From: Escherichia phage vB_EcoM_3HA14
Sequence record: MN342151.1
Strand: one strand, 5' to 3'
DNA: 64,000 nucleotides
The notes below the pieces were generated by a model that worked only from the letters and a program-made list of their open reading frames with translations, did not search any database and was not told where the DNA came from. The position numbers and the translations under genes were made by a program. This document shows, in pieces, positions 50,881 to 60,557 of the stretch; the stretch's first letter is position 1; each line of letters begins with the position of its first letter.

Positions 50881-51984
50881 TTACTCAGCGTCTGAACGAA
50901 CGTCAACAAGCAGTTGAGGACGTGTGCAGTATGGCAGCATGTAAGAGTGGGCTTCGAAGTCAATACCTTCGTCACGGTCTTTCTCATATTCGAACACATA
51001 CAGTTCCTGACCCAGAGTGTTTGCATACCCCATCTTAGGACATGGAGCGTAAGCAACTTCGAAGATGTTGTTAGCTTCACCCAACATTGCTACGTTAGGG
51101 AATGCGTGACCTACACCAATATTAGTGTCAGATACACCATCAATGCTAACCAGAGTATGAGTCTTACCACGCTTGTCTTTGAACTTACCGTTGTACTGTA
51201 CGAATACAACACCACCGTAGTAGAAGCGGTTCATGTGAGCCTGAACACCATCAGTACCACCAGTTCTCAGAGAACCAGTAATCTGTTGCCAAGCCAGCGG
51301 AGTCTGCTGTGCAAGGTATGCGTCACGAATCTTAGGATGCTTGATAAGCTTGCTGAAGAAAGTTCTGTCAACAACGATGTGAATTTCTTCACCGTTGATT
51401 ACAGTACCTGTCTTAGCTTCATCTTCCATGTGCATACGCAGGTCTTCAATGTGCGCATCGATATCAGAGTTCGGGTTGTCCAAGTCGAAGTAGATAGTCT
51501 TCTTAGTTACATCGAACTGCTTGTACAGGTCTGCGTACAGAACACCGTTAGCGTCGATAACTTTACCCTTCAGGGCTTGCATAAACAAGAACTCACGAGT
51601 AATATCAAACTTGGTACGAATCTTCATCAGCTTCTTAGCACGTACAACTGCTTCAGTAGTCAGTTCATTTGCAGTGCCTGGCTGACGAACACCCTGAATC
51701 TCATCAGGAGTGATGCTCTCAACTTCCTTGAAGTACATCATCGGGAAGCTAATCTGACGAACACGCTCAGGAGCGCTAGTCTCAGCTTTACGGCTGGTAC
51801 GGTCTACCGCATCCAGTAAGCTGATATCCCAATCAGTCAAGTCCATCAGGAAAGTAGTCTGTGTTTGTGGAGCAGAACGGAACAGTCCCAGACCAGAGAT
51901 ATATCCGTAAGTATTTGGAATAGACTGGACTTCACCAGTTAAGTCAGCAAGGAAAAATCTGCTTTTTTCAGAATTAGTCAACAT
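50881..51984 (-). CDS. major capsid protein
   Basis: 367 aa; follows protease-scaffold and decoration-like genes in lambda-like order. Confidence 0.7.
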   Translation of the reverse strand: MLTNSEKSRFFLADLTGEVQSIPNTYGYISGLGLFRSAPQTQTTFLMDLTDWDISLLDAVDRTSRKAETSAPERVRQISFPMMYFKEVESITPDEIQGVRQPGTANELTTEAVVRAKKLMKIRTKFDITREFLFMQALKGKVIDANGVLYADLYKQFDVTKKTIYFDLDNPNSDIDAHIEDLRMHMEDEAKTGTVINGEEIHIVVDRTFFSKLIKHPKIRDAYLAQQTPLAWQQITGSLRTGGTDGVQAHMNRFYYGGVVFVQYNGKFKDKRGKTHTLVSIDGVSDTNIGVGHAFPNVAMLGEANNIFEVAYAPCPKMGYANTLGQELYVFEYEKDRDEGIDFEAHSYMLPYCTRPQLLVDVRSDAE

Positions 51985-52015
51985 TGTAAAATTCTCCAGA
52001 ATGTCTTATTATTAA

Positions 52016-52393
52016 TTACAGGCCAGTTGGGACGAAATCAATACCTTTCGCCTTAAGAGCAGACTTGACAGCAGCAGCATCAACACTATCTGCCAGAGTT
52101 AGCATGTCTTTCAGTTCAGCGTCACGGTAAATACCAACAACTTTTAACTGACCGTGGTAAGACAGTTGTAGGTCTGCGTAGAAGTTAACGATACATACAG
52201 AATCTGCCTGAGCTTCTTCACCTGCTGCAACTTTAGTACCATCAGCTTTCAGAACTTCACCTACACGATACTCAGTGCTGGCTACTGGAGCGTACTCTTT
52301 ACGCGAGTGACCAGTTGGTGTAATCTGTTCCCAAAGGATGATATCGTTCAGAGGTTCTCTGTTACCTAATTTAGTAAAACCTTGATATGCCAT
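52016..52393 (-). CDS. putative head decoration protein
   Basis: 125 aa; position between protease-scaffold and capsid. Confidence 0.4.
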   Translation of the reverse strand: MAYQGFTKLGNREPLNDIILWEQITPTGHSRKEYAPVASTEYRVGEVLKADGTKVAAGEEAQADSVCIVNFYADLQLSYHGQLKVVGIYRDAELKDMLTLADSVDAAAVKSALKAKGIDFVPTGL

Positions 52394-52405
52394 TATTTGT
52401 GTTCC

Positions 52406-53752
52406 TTATTTGATAAGAGTTTTCAAAGCATTCTGGAGAGCCAGTTTGCGTTGGTCAGCGTTAGCATTAGCATTTGCTTCTGGAGCGGTGTCTTTACCGT
52501 CATCCACTTCTGCTTCGCCGTCATTGCCAAGTTCTTCCATAGCGTTTGAGTGTTCCAGAACAGCACCAGCAGTTTCTTTCAGCTTAGTGATTTCAGAATC
52601 CTTCTCAGACATGGCAGAAGCATGGGACGCGATAGTTTCATTAAGTTTCTGGTTAGCACCTTCCATAGCATTCATAAACAGAACACTCAGAGGGTTGTCA
52701 AGACCAGCACCTAAAATAGCTGTTGCAGCTTCTTTTGCATCAAACCCAAAAGCTTCAGCAGATGCAGAAATCTTACCAGTTAAATCTGTAAGAACTGCTT
52801 CCTGTTCCTTAGCTTTCATTTGAGCAACCTGAAGACGCAGAGCTTCTAGTTCTTGCTTTTCTTGTTCAGTCATTTCTTCACCTGAATTGTTTGTGTTTAA
52901 ACTTACAGGAGCTTCTTCAGAACCTTGTAAGTAATTTAAGAAATCATCTTGAGACATGATAGAGTTAATTAAACCAAGTTCAAGAGCTTCCTGAGCAGAA
53001 TAAACATTCGCCTCAGTATTCTTTACAGCTTCTTCAGAGATATTACGCGAGTCTGCAACAAAACTAGTAAAAGTCTTGTAAGTGTCATCAATTCTCTTTT
53101 GAAGTCTATTCTTGCTTTCTTCTGATAATGCTTGGAATGGGGAACCCATACCTTTAAATTCACCAGCTTTAATAACGTTAATAGTTACGCCATTCTTTTC
53201 AAATGCTTTAGTTAATTCTTGGTGAACCATAATCACACCAATTGAACCAACATCTGCATCTGGTGATGCAATAATTTCTTCAGCGGAAGATGCAAGAGCG
53301 TATGCAGCAGAGCAAGCAAACTCATCTACATAAGCAATAATTTTCTTTTGGCCTCTTGAAGCCATGATGTGACGTGCCAACTCAAAACAACCTGACGCTT
53401 CACCACCACCTGAATCAACGTGCAGCACGATAGTCTTAATAGACTCATCTGCTAGGGCTTCGTCAAAGCCTCTGCGTAAACCTTCATAAGAACTTAGTCC
53501 ACCAGTACACATTGCATCCATGAAGGTCATACGATGTGTTAGGCCACCCATAATAGGGATGATAGCAATGTCTTCTTTAACTTTTAAAAGACTTCTTGCT
53601 TCACCTTTTGGCTTATCGAAGTTTACTGCTGCTTGTACCTCACCTAACAAGCGGTTATTAACATAAGTCGCTGCTGAGTGGGCTAATGATTCTGTAGCTA
53701 GTAAAGGTTGGTTGAATAATCTGTCAGCAAGTCTGAAGATATTCGAACTCAT
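52406..53752 (-). CDS. prohead protease (S49/ClpP-like) fused to a coiled-coil scaffold domain
   Basis: 448 aa; N-terminal peptidase-like region (DSGGGEASG...ACSAAYALA), C-terminal charged coiled coil. Confidence 0.7.
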   Translation of the reverse strand: MSSNIFRLADRLFNQPLLATESLAHSAATYVNNRLLGEVQAAVNFDKPKGEARSLLKVKEDIAIIPIMGGLTHRMTFMDAMCTGGLSSYEGLRRGFDEALADESIKTIVLHVDSGGGEASGCFELARHIMASRGQKKIIAYVDEFACSAAYALASSAEEIIASPDADVGSIGVIMVHQELTKAFEKNGVTINVIKAGEFKGMGSPFQALSEESKNRLQKRIDDTYKTFTSFVADSRNISEEAVKNTEANVYSAQEALELGLINSIMSQDDFLNYLQGSEEAPVSLNTNNSGEEMTEQEKQELEALRLQVAQMKAKEQEAVLTDLTGKISASAEAFGFDAKEAATAILGAGLDNPLSVLFMNAMEGANQKLNETIASHASAMSEKDSEITKLKETAGAVLEHSNAMEELGNDGEAEVDDGKDTAPEANANANADQRKLALQNALKTLIK

Positions 53753-53763
53753 TTTTACTCACC

Positions 53764-54096
53764 CTATTTATTTAAGTCAATGGATACTGAAGAGATAACA
53801 TAAATTCCTTCTTCAGCAAAGAACTGAGGGCTACTTAGAGCACCTGTTGCCACGCACTTAGAGTTGTCATCCCATAAGCTAAAATGAGAAACTGTAGCAG
53901 AAGCCGGAACAGTAATATTAACTGTGTCTTCTGAAGCAATTAATCCATTATTAGGTTCTGAGAAGAAGATAGCCACTGGCTGAGTAACCTTGTTTGCTGT
54001 AGGGTCTGCCGTTGGGTCTACATTGTGTAATACAATAGTTGTCGGGGTTAGTGTGGCTAGGATTTTATTCTTACCATCAATCGTTAATGTTCCCAT
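53764..54096 (-). CDS. hypothetical protein
   Basis: 110 aa ORF. Confidence 0.4.
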   Translation of the reverse strand: MGTLTIDGKNKILATLTPTTIVLHNVDPTADPTANKVTQPVAIFFSEPNNGLIASEDTVNITVPASATVSHFSLWDDNSKCVATGALSSPQFFAEEGIYVISSVSIDLNK

Positions 54097-54596
54097 TAAT
54101 TAAACCTTACTTTTTGTTTAAGGATTGTTGAATGGTTACCAGATTCATCTACCACATTTACAATCATATCATAAACTTTACCTTTGACAAGTACTTTGTA
54201 ATCATTTTGTGAAAAAATGTACTCAAGTCTGTTAGACTCTTTATTTACTGTCATTGGAGATTGGAATGCTGTATCAATGGTAATGAATGCAGCTTCAACA
54301 CTATTAACGTTAACACGTTTATTCTCACAGTTATATAACTTTACACCCAAAAGGCATGAACTGTCAAATGGAATTTTAACAATTTCGTTACAATTGTTTG
54401 AAATAAACTGTTTTCCGCTCATTGGAGCATCAAGTAACCTGCAAATAGTGAAAACGTCAGAGGTTCCACCATCACTAATATACCCTGAAAGGCTGACCCT
54501 TGAGCCAGCCTCTACAGTTAATTCATCAGTGATAATTAAGACACCTCTATAAGAATGCACTCGCGTAGCATTGGAAATAGAGATAACTTCTGCCAT
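54096..54596 (-). CDS. hypothetical protein
   Basis: 166 aa ORF. Confidence 0.4.
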   Translation of the reverse strand: MAEVISISNATRVHSYRGVLIITDELTVEAGSRVSLSGYISDGGTSDVFTICRLLDAPMSGKQFISNNCNEIVKIPFDSSCLLGVKLYNCENKRVNVNSVEAAFITIDTAFQSPMTVNKESNRLEYIFSQNDYKVLVKGKVYDMIVNVVDESGNHSTILKQKVRFN

Positions 54597-56062
54597 TATT
54601 TGTTTGCCTTATTAGCTGTGCTTGGGTCTCTAGCTGAAGGAGTATTAGCAGTCCCTTCTCCAGCAGTTTGATAACCATCACCAGAACGACTTTGAGTGTT
54701 TGGAGATAGTTTCTCAGATACTGGTTTAGACTCATCAGCAGGTTCAAGGTCAAGATATTCTCTAAGCTTGTCAGACAATGGCTTGTCAACTTCCAGAGCA
54801 CCAACTGCAACTGTTTTCTGAATGAATGATGCAATAGCTTCAAGGTCTGGTGTCTCAATATCATCATACACAATTTCTACGTGTTCTTCATCATCCCACA
54901 TATTTAGTGCATAAGTCTGAGCAACCAAATCACGGTTAATTACATTCTTCACTTGCTTCAGAAGAATATCAACTGACATTGCCAGTAAGCTTGTCTTAGA
55001 ATCTGCCAGAGAGAATGAGCCATACTTTGACTGTCCCATAGCAAGAACATCAGACATAAACGCCATCATAATTTGCTTAGAGTATCTATCAATGATAGAA
55101 CCTGTATCATAAGCTTTAGCACCCTGTCGAGAAACTAATGAGAACTCAAAGATATCTTCTTTAGTTTCTGGGTCGATAAATCTAGGCCAAATTAAACCTG
55201 CTCTGTCATTAGCAATTAAATCATTTACTACTTCTTGGCAGTATTTAACAAAAGCTTTCTTTTCAGGTTCTGCATCTTCACCTAAGTAATCAGGTGGAAG
55301 ACCAATCTTTGGCATACCTACTAAGTCTCTGGAAACACCAACTGCTTCAAACTCTTCAATTTGAACTTTGTATTTCCAAGGAACATAAGCATTAAGCAAT
55401 GGTGAACGTCCCTCTGGGTTACCATATTCATCGTCATACTTGAACAATAAGAATTTACTTCTGGGAAGCTTTCTTGTCAATGGTTGTTCACCAAGATTAA
55501 TTGCTCCTGCAATATGGGAGACATTACGCAGGTTCTGTCTAACACCAATGACTTTTCTATAGTCAGAGTCAAAGTACCATTTATCTAATGTAGTCTGATT
55601 ACGGATTGGTAATTTAGCCCAACCAATTAAACCATCATTATATTTTGAAGGGTACTTACCTTTCTTACCTTGACGTTTCTTATAAACTTTCTCGTTTACA
55701 CAGAAACCGTAAGTACAGAATGACATTACAGAGTTAATAAAGTCAGCCCAATCGTGCTCCATGTCATTCATTAGTGAGTTAAAGAAATTAGCCCTTTCAA
55801 TCATCTTGGCATCTTTCTCTTTTCCCTTCGGTGGTACGAATCTCCAGTTAACCTTTCTGACAAACATCTTAATAATATTTACAGAGGCTGCTACTGAAGG
55901 GTCTCTCATCATAAGTTGGAAAGTCTTAATACTTTCTGGGAATCTTAAAGCCTGTCTAGGTTCTTCATAGATTCTTCCTGAGCGAACTTTAAGGCCAAGA
56001 CTCCCAACCTCACCCATTCTGAATGGAGGAAGGCTTTCTTGTGTTTCTGTGATATCTGCCAT
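54596..56062 (-). CDS. portal protein
   Basis: 488 aa; immediately downstream of large terminase gene. Confidence 0.65.
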   Translation of the reverse strand: MADITETQESLPPFRMGEVGSLGLKVRSGRIYEEPRQALRFPESIKTFQLMMRDPSVAASVNIIKMFVRKVNWRFVPPKGKEKDAKMIERANFFNSLMNDMEHDWADFINSVMSFCTYGFCVNEKVYKKRQGKKGKYPSKYNDGLIGWAKLPIRNQTTLDKWYFDSDYRKVIGVRQNLRNVSHIAGAINLGEQPLTRKLPRSKFLLFKYDDEYGNPEGRSPLLNAYVPWKYKVQIEEFEAVGVSRDLVGMPKIGLPPDYLGEDAEPEKKAFVKYCQEVVNDLIANDRAGLIWPRFIDPETKEDIFEFSLVSRQGAKAYDTGSIIDRYSKQIMMAFMSDVLAMGQSKYGSFSLADSKTSLLAMSVDILLKQVKNVINRDLVAQTYALNMWDDEEHVEIVYDDIETPDLEAIASFIQKTVAVGALEVDKPLSDKLREYLDLEPADESKPVSEKLSPNTQSRSGDGYQTAGEGTANTPSARDPSTANKANK

Positions 56063-56074
56063 TCTTTCTACCTA

Positions 56075-57691
56075 TTATCGTCTTAGCCCCTGATATGGAT
56101 TACTCTTCATAATATCTGTATGAGCACCCATTGAAGGTGGCTTGAATAGTTTAACTTCGTTTAGACTGTTGAAAGCATCACTGGTAGCATCCACTTGGTC
56201 ATCCTTAGTACGACCGTCACCACAAAAACCTTCTAGTTCTTGGAAATATGCTTCATTCCAAGAGCCTCTAACAATTTTGACAAGTCCTGCCTCAGAAGCA
56301 GCAGAGAAACCCGCAAAACGGGTGACTTTATCTTTATTTGTTGGTTTAGCTCTTGCTCGGAAACCTTTCTCAGCAAGTTTTCTAATAAGGGAGGTTGCGT
56401 AGGATTTACCAGCAGCGCCGGGGTCTTGAGGGATAAAAATACCTGTGCGCTTACCATCACCTTCAGCAGTTTGGTTAATTTGTGTTTCAACTCCAGAAGG
56501 TCTATCTCTAAATCTTACTACGTTAATCACATAATAGCAACCATCTTTTTTAGATTTACCCATTTTAACACCTGCTGTCCAGTCAGGGTTAGGGTTAACC
56601 TCAGAAGGTAATGTTGCTGCTAAGTCCCATGCTCTTACGTCAAATACGTCTGCTGGAACACTATCAACAATTTCACACCATTGTCTTTGCCAGTAGTTTG
56701 AACCTTCAGCACGAGCTTTCCAGTTACCAAAACGTAAACGTGCAACGTTAACTGGTGTGTTGTTTTCTAATTTACCACGATACTTAGGTTCAAGGAAATC
56801 TAGAATAGGGTTGTCATCAATTGTACCGGAAATAAAGGTATATGTTTGAGGAATCTCAAGAGGGAACATTTCAAGAATTTTATCTCTATCCCAATCAGAA
56901 ACCATGACACCATCATTCATAACATACCAACGAATCCTGCCGCACTTCTCTGGGTCTGGATATCCAGCATCATCTAGGAAAGGTTCTACCCAATCATAAA
57001 TAAAGTGGTCTCTATCTGGGTTCATTGAGATTTTCATATATGAGTCACCTTCAGCGCCAGAACGTAAACGTGTCTGAAGATATGAAATCTGTGAAGCCGA
57101 GAAGTGTGTACCTTCGTCGAAATAAATAGCTGAGTATTCGATACCTTGGTGACCTTCTGAGTGTTTCTCAAGTTCCAAATAAGTAAACTTGATAGTTGCT
57201 CCAGAAGGGAAAGTGATAGTCATTTTCTGTTCATGTGGAACTCCACCAAACTTACCAAATAACTTTTTAGCCGCAGGCCACAGACCACCTTGTAACTGTG
57301 TTGTATTTCGACGGAAATAAACAGCGTTATAGTTTGGGTCTTCAATAAACCTTAATGAGTCCATTAAAAGGGCAGCAGTCTTACCAGCACCAGCAGCACC
57401 ACCATATAGTACCAAGTCAGCATTAGTGTTCAAGAATACCTCTTGAGAGCCAGGCTGTGGAGCTACATAGTTCTTGTCAGTCATCAATTTAAAGATGAGT
57501 CTTACTTGGTCTGGGGTGTATCTTAATAAAGTCAGAATTTGAGTTGGAAGGAATTTAGAGGGGTCTTTACCAAAGGATTTGATAATATCTTTTACTTCTT
57601 CAGAAAGCCCCAACTCACCTGCTAGGACTTTCCTTACATCTTCCACTCGCTTCTGCTTAATAACATTTAAGTCCATTAAGCACCTCTGCAA
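56075..57691 (-). CDS. terminase large subunit
   Basis: 538 aa; Walker A YGGAAGAGKT near N-terminus, C-terminal nuclease-like acidic residues. Confidence 0.8.
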   Translation of the reverse strand: MQRCLMDLNVIKQKRVEDVRKVLAGELGLSEEVKDIIKSFGKDPSKFLPTQILTLLRYTPDQVRLIFKLMTDKNYVAPQPGSQEVFLNTNADLVLYGGAAGAGKTAALLMDSLRFIEDPNYNAVYFRRNTTQLQGGLWPAAKKLFGKFGGVPHEQKMTITFPSGATIKFTYLELEKHSEGHQGIEYSAIYFDEGTHFSASQISYLQTRLRSGAEGDSYMKISMNPDRDHFIYDWVEPFLDDAGYPDPEKCGRIRWYVMNDGVMVSDWDRDKILEMFPLEIPQTYTFISGTIDDNPILDFLEPKYRGKLENNTPVNVARLRFGNWKARAEGSNYWQRQWCEIVDSVPADVFDVRAWDLAATLPSEVNPNPDWTAGVKMGKSKKDGCYYVINVVRFRDRPSGVETQINQTAEGDGKRTGIFIPQDPGAAGKSYATSLIRKLAEKGFRARAKPTNKDKVTRFAGFSAASEAGLVKIVRGSWNEAYFQELEGFCGDGRTKDDQVDATSDAFNSLNEVKLFKPPSMGAHTDIMKSNPYQGLRR

Positions 57692-57697
57692 ATAGAA

Positions 57698-57904
57698 TTA
57701 TTCAGAAACTTCTTCAGATTCCTGTTTAGGTTCTACACCAAACTTTTCATCTACTAAATTAAGAAGTTTATCCATCGTTGCTTCTTGTGGGTTAATACCA
57801 GTTGCAACAATTAAACGTTCAGCCACAGCCATTACAGTTGCCTGAAGCATCTGAGCCTGTTTCTGAGTCTCATATAGTTCTTTGTAAACATTAGTCTCGT
57901 TCAT
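57698..57904 (-). CDS. hypothetical protein (position of a small terminase subunit, but short)
   Basis: 68 aa ORF directly upstream of terminase large subunit. Confidence 0.3.
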   Translation of the reverse strand: MNETNVYKELYETQKQAQMLQATVMAVAERLIVATGINPQEATMDKLLNLVDEKFGVEPKQESEEVSE

Positions 57905-57942
57905 TGTATTTCTCCAAAATTAAAGTTATAGTGATTCCCCTG

Positions 57943-57966
57943 AAAAAAGACGGTGCAGAGACCGTC
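57943..57966 (-). terminator. intrinsic terminator (GACGGU-CUCUGC-ACCGUC hairpin plus U6)
   Basis: inverted repeat gacggtgcagagaccgtc preceded on plus strand by aaaaaa; at the downstream end of the tRNA array. Confidence 0.6.
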
Positions 57967-58123
57967 AAGGAGAAACCACAATGTATGCCAGAGACATACT
58001 GTATAGGTCTTCCCATAAAGTATAACTCTATAAAAAAGCCCTGTCTAAAAATACTCTCCGGTAGCGAAAGGGAGAATACTCATAGCAGGGCATAATAACT
58101 TTGAGAGAGATATTAATATAAAT

Positions 58124-58199
58124 TGGAGTATCGGAAGGGACTCGAACCCTCATAAACCTGTTTTGCAGACAGGCACATAACCATTTCTGACACCGACAC
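58124..58199 (-). tRNA. tRNA-Cys (GCA)
   Basis: manual fold: acceptor GTGTCGG/CCGATAC, anticodon loop CTGCAAA, T-loop TTCGAGT, U73, encoded CCA. Confidence 0.7.
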
Positions 58200-58205
58200 A
58201 TAATT

Positions 58206-58298
58206 TGGAGGAAGATACCAGACTTGAACTGGTACGCCGATTTCTCGGTTACTGGCAGTTTAGCAAACTGCTCCCTTACCTTTTAGGGTTAATCTTCC
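58206..58298 (-). tRNA. tRNA-Ser (GCU), long variable arm
   Basis: acceptor GGAAGAT/ATCTTCC, anticodon loop TTGCTAA, variable-arm hairpin, T-arm ACCAG-TTCAAGT-CTGGT. Confidence 0.7.
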
Positions 58299-58299
58299 A

Positions 58300-59034
58300 T
58301 TATTTGTTCAGAGCTTCTTTCATCTCTGGAGTTGCGATAGTATCAATCACACCAGTTTTACATGAATCATCAAACCAGCTTGGTAGAACATTCGCAAGGA
58401 AACCATTAATATTTGTTTTCAGATATTCTGCAATCAGTGCTGCTTCATCTGCAATCATCTGAGTTACTTCGTTAGCATATGCAGTAATCTTTGCAATACC
58501 CTCATTAATCGCTGTAACGGCCTGTGTAGCGAGTTCAGAGATTGTATCTAGTCCTTGGTCGATTGCATCTTGCAAATCGCTTAGAACGCCATTTACAGCG
58601 TCTATGGAGGTATTAATCAAATCCATCGCTTTATTACCGTACTCGGTAGCTACGCCCATGATACCGCTAAACGGTGTACATCCAACCTGTTCACCTGCTG
58701 CTCCCATAACGTTAGAGTAACCTTTAGCTACTTGCATACGTTGTGAAAACTCATCTACAGACTTTTGTCCATACTCAGTAAGTGTACTTGTCGTTGAAGT
58801 TGTACTTCCAAGGCTTGTTGTGAAGCTTCCTAATAAGGCTGTTGTCAGTCCAGCAGCAACTAAAATCTGTTGTGTAGCTGGGTCTGTTACAGAACTAATT
58901 GAGTTAACTAATGATTGAGAGGCAGCTATAGTACCACCAAGAACTGCTGCACCAGTAATAAGAGGGTTTGAAAAACCATTACCAGTTTTAAGGAGATTAA
59001 AAATCTCTTTACTTTGTTCTGTCATCTCTTTCAT
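58300..59034 (-). CDS. hypothetical Ala/Thr/Ser-rich protein embedded in tRNA array
   Basis: ORF track start (GTG at 59097) would overlap a tRNA; trimmed to in-frame ATG at 59032-59034 with AGGTG RBS. Confidence 0.4.
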   Translation of the reverse strand: MKEMTEQSKEIFNLLKTGNGFSNPLITGAAVLGGTIAASQSLVNSISSVTDPATQQILVAAGLTTALLGSFTTSLGSTTSTTSTLTEYGQKSVDEFSQRMQVAKGYSNVMGAAGEQVGCTPFSGIMGVATEYGNKAMDLINTSIDAVNGVLSDLQDAIDQGLDTISELATQAVTAINEGIAKITAYANEVTQMIADEAALIAEYLKTNINGFLANVLPSWFDDSCKTGVIDTIATPEMKEALNK

Positions 59035-59050
59035 TATGCACCTATAAAGT

Positions 59051-59127
59051 TGGTAGCCCATCGGGATTTGAACCCTGTTCTCATGTTTTTCAGACACGCG
59101 CTTTAACCATATAAGCTAATTGAGCTA
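59051..59127 (-). tRNA. tRNA-Phe (GAA), tentative
   Basis: anticodon loop CTGAAAA and T-loop TTCAAAT clear; acceptor and T-stem pairings imperfect in manual fold. Confidence 0.45.
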
Positions 59128-59133
59128 TTAAAT

Positions 59134-59210
59134 TGGGGTGACCTACGGGAATCGAACCCGTATAGACCATGTTCACAGCATGGGTCATTATCCATTTATG
59201 ATAAGGCCAC
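59134..59210 (-). tRNA. tRNA-His (GUG)
   Basis: acceptor GTGGCCT/AGGTCAC, anticodon stem CCATG/CATGG with loop CTGTGAA, C73. Confidence 0.7.
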
Positions 59211-59241
59211 ATTTAAGGACTCTCGTAAGAATCCTTAGAAG

Positions 59242-59317
59242 TGGCAGCAGTATAAGGATTTGAACCTTAATCTTTCAGCTTCAGAGGCTGGAGCATTGCC
59301 AGTTATGCTATACTGCT
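59242..59317 (-). tRNA. tRNA-Gln (CUG)
   Basis: 76 nt, standard numbering fits; anticodon loop CTCTGAA; G73. Confidence 0.65.
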
Positions 59318-59323
59318 AATATT

Positions 59324-59402
59324 TGGTACTCCATATCGGATTCGAACCGATACATAACACAGATTTTAAATCTGGCCTCTCTGCCAATTGGAGTAATGGA
59401 GC
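59324..59402 (-). tRNA. tRNA with anticodon UAA (Leu by anticodon), short variable arm
   Basis: anticodon stem CAGA/TCTG, loop TTTAAAA; T-arm ATCGG-TTCGAAT-CCGAT; A73; variable region only about 7 nt. Confidence 0.45.
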
Positions 59403-59404
59403 AT

Positions 59405-59480
59405 TGGCGGGGGATGATGGAATTGAACCATCTTCTTCGATTTCAAAGACCGAGGTTTTAACCTTGTAAACTAATCCCCT
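59405..59480 (-). tRNA. tRNA-Gln (UUG)
   Basis: anticodon stem TCGGT/ATCGA, loop CTTTGAA; T-arm GATGG-TTCAATT-CCATC; G73. Confidence 0.55.
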
Positions 59481-59706
59481 AACGAACTCTTGAAAGAATA
59501 TATGCGTTATTGCAAGTATCCTTATTTTCAGGTAGTGATGTTTCGAAGATAACTTGCTTAAGTTCTAATCCAGCAAAGTTATAAACAACCTTTCTAACTT
59601 CTAACGGGTCACATTGCCAACCAACCGCTATAAAGAAAGTATCTCCAAATCTACCTGTTTCAATCTTGTGGTCATCTTTATGTTTTTCAACTATGAGTTT
59701 ATACAT
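59479..59706 (-). CDS. hypothetical small protein within tRNA array
   Basis: 75 aa ORF filling the gap between two tRNAs; no motif. Confidence 0.3.
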   Translation of the reverse strand: MYKLIVEKHKDDHKIETGRFGDTFFIAVGWQCDPLEVRKVVYNFAGLELKQVIFETSLPENKDTCNNAYILSRVR

Positions 59707-59724
59707 AATGTTACCTATTAAATT

Positions 59725-59801
59725 TGGTGCAGAATAGAGGATTCGAACCCCTAACTAACAACTTCGTAGGTTGCTGCTCTGTCCATTTGAACTAATTCTG
59801 C
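59725..59801 (-). tRNA. tRNA-Arg (ACG)
   Basis: acceptor GCAGAAT/ATTCTGC, anticodon stem GCAAC/GTTGT, loop CTACGAA. Confidence 0.7.
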
Positions 59802-59979
59802 AATATCCTTTTGAGATTCCTGTCTAGCTCTCTTCTTATCTCTTCTGAGAAAGCGTTTACGATGGTCTGTACGCCATTTGTAATAATCTTCTTCACCATC
59901 ATGCGCTGCACAGCAGCCACAACTTGCAATTTCAACTTTACCATGTCTACCATAAGGCTTCATAGGAATCTCCTAAAAT

Positions 59980-60057
59980 TGGTGTTCCAAGACGGATTCG
60001 AACCGTCACTAATACAAGGTTTGAGCTTGCATCCTCTGCCAATTGGGATACTGGAAC
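59980..60057 (-). tRNA. tRNA with anticodon CAA (Leu by anticodon), short variable arm
   Basis: anticodon stem GCAAG/CTTGT, loop CTCAAAC; T-arm GACGG-TTCGAAT-CCGTC; A73; variable region about 6 nt. Confidence 0.45.
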
Positions 60058-60058
60058 T

Positions 60059-60133
60059 TGGTACTCGCTGAAGGACTTGAACCTTCTTCACCAACTTGTA
60101 AGGATGGGGCTTTACCATATAAACTAAGCGAGC
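60059..60133 (-). tRNA. tRNA-Val (UAC)
   Basis: acceptor GCTCGCT/AGCGAGT, anticodon loop CTTACAA, T-arm GAAGG-TTCAAGT-CCTTC. Confidence 0.6.
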
Positions 60134-60228
60134 TTTGAAGAGGTCTGAAGCTGTGCCGCTAACTCAACTCCGTGGAATTTGTTACGGTCTTCAGTTGACT
60201 CAAGCGGTCTTTCACTTGACCTCAAAAT

Positions 60229-60305
60229 TGGTGCTGCTCACAGGACTCGAACCTGCATCTCCATCCTTACAAGGGATGTGCAATAGCCAATTATACGAAA
60301 GCAGC
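60229..60305 (-). tRNA. tRNA-Thr (UGU)
   Basis: anticodon stem CATCC/GGATG, loop CTTGTAA; T-loop TTCGAGT. Confidence 0.65.
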
Positions 60306-60311
60306 ATTATT

Positions 60312-60386
60312 TGGAGCATCCAGAGGGAATCGAACCCTCAACCTCAGTTTGGAAGACTGTAATTTTCCCATTTAAACTATGGATGC
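60312..60386 (-). tRNA. tRNA-Gly (UCC)
   Basis: acceptor GCATCCA/TGGATGC, anticodon loop CTTCCAA, T-arm GAGGG-TTCGATT-CCCTC. Confidence 0.7.
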
Positions 60387-60392
60387 ACTAAT

Positions 60393-60468
60393 TGGTGGAG
60401 AAGCAGGGAATTGAACCCTGTACTTAAGTTTGCAAAACTTATGTTTTAACCATGTAAACTACATCCCC
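60393..60468 (-). tRNA. tRNA-Ala (UGC)
   Basis: G3-U70 wobble pair in acceptor (Ala identity element), anticodon stem TAAGT/ACTTA, loop TTTGCAA. Confidence 0.7.
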
Positions 60469-60474
60469 ATTGTT

Positions 60475-60550
60475 TGGTACAGGTGGAGGGAATTGAACCC
60501 ATCGTCTTACTGATTAAGAGTCAGCCGCATAACCATTTTGCTACACCTGC
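60475..60550 (-). tRNA. tRNA-Lys (CUU)
   Basis: anticodon stem GCTGA/TCAGT, loop CTCTTAA; weak 3-bp T-stem; paralogous to the 61927-62002 tRNA. Confidence 0.5.
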
Positions 60551-60557
60551 ATTAATT

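Noticed and set aside
50914-51819. 301-aa plus-strand ORF
   Set aside because: Entirely antisense to the major capsid gene; composition atypical; no start context.
52410-52823. 137-aa plus-strand ORF
   Set aside because: Antisense to the protease-scaffold gene; Ala/Ser-rich mirror of the scaffold coiled-coil codons.
59751-59963. 70-aa Cys-rich basic ORF
   Set aside because: Overlaps the 5' part of tRNA-Arg(ACG) by about 50 nt; kept out of the feature list, although a short real peptide cannot be excluded.
60134-60228. 95-nt gap between tRNA-Val and tRNA-Thr examined for a hidden class II tRNA
   Set aside because: No T-loop signature; only a GAGGTC/GACCTC terminal stem and internal AGACCG direct repeats. 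Treated as structured spacer.
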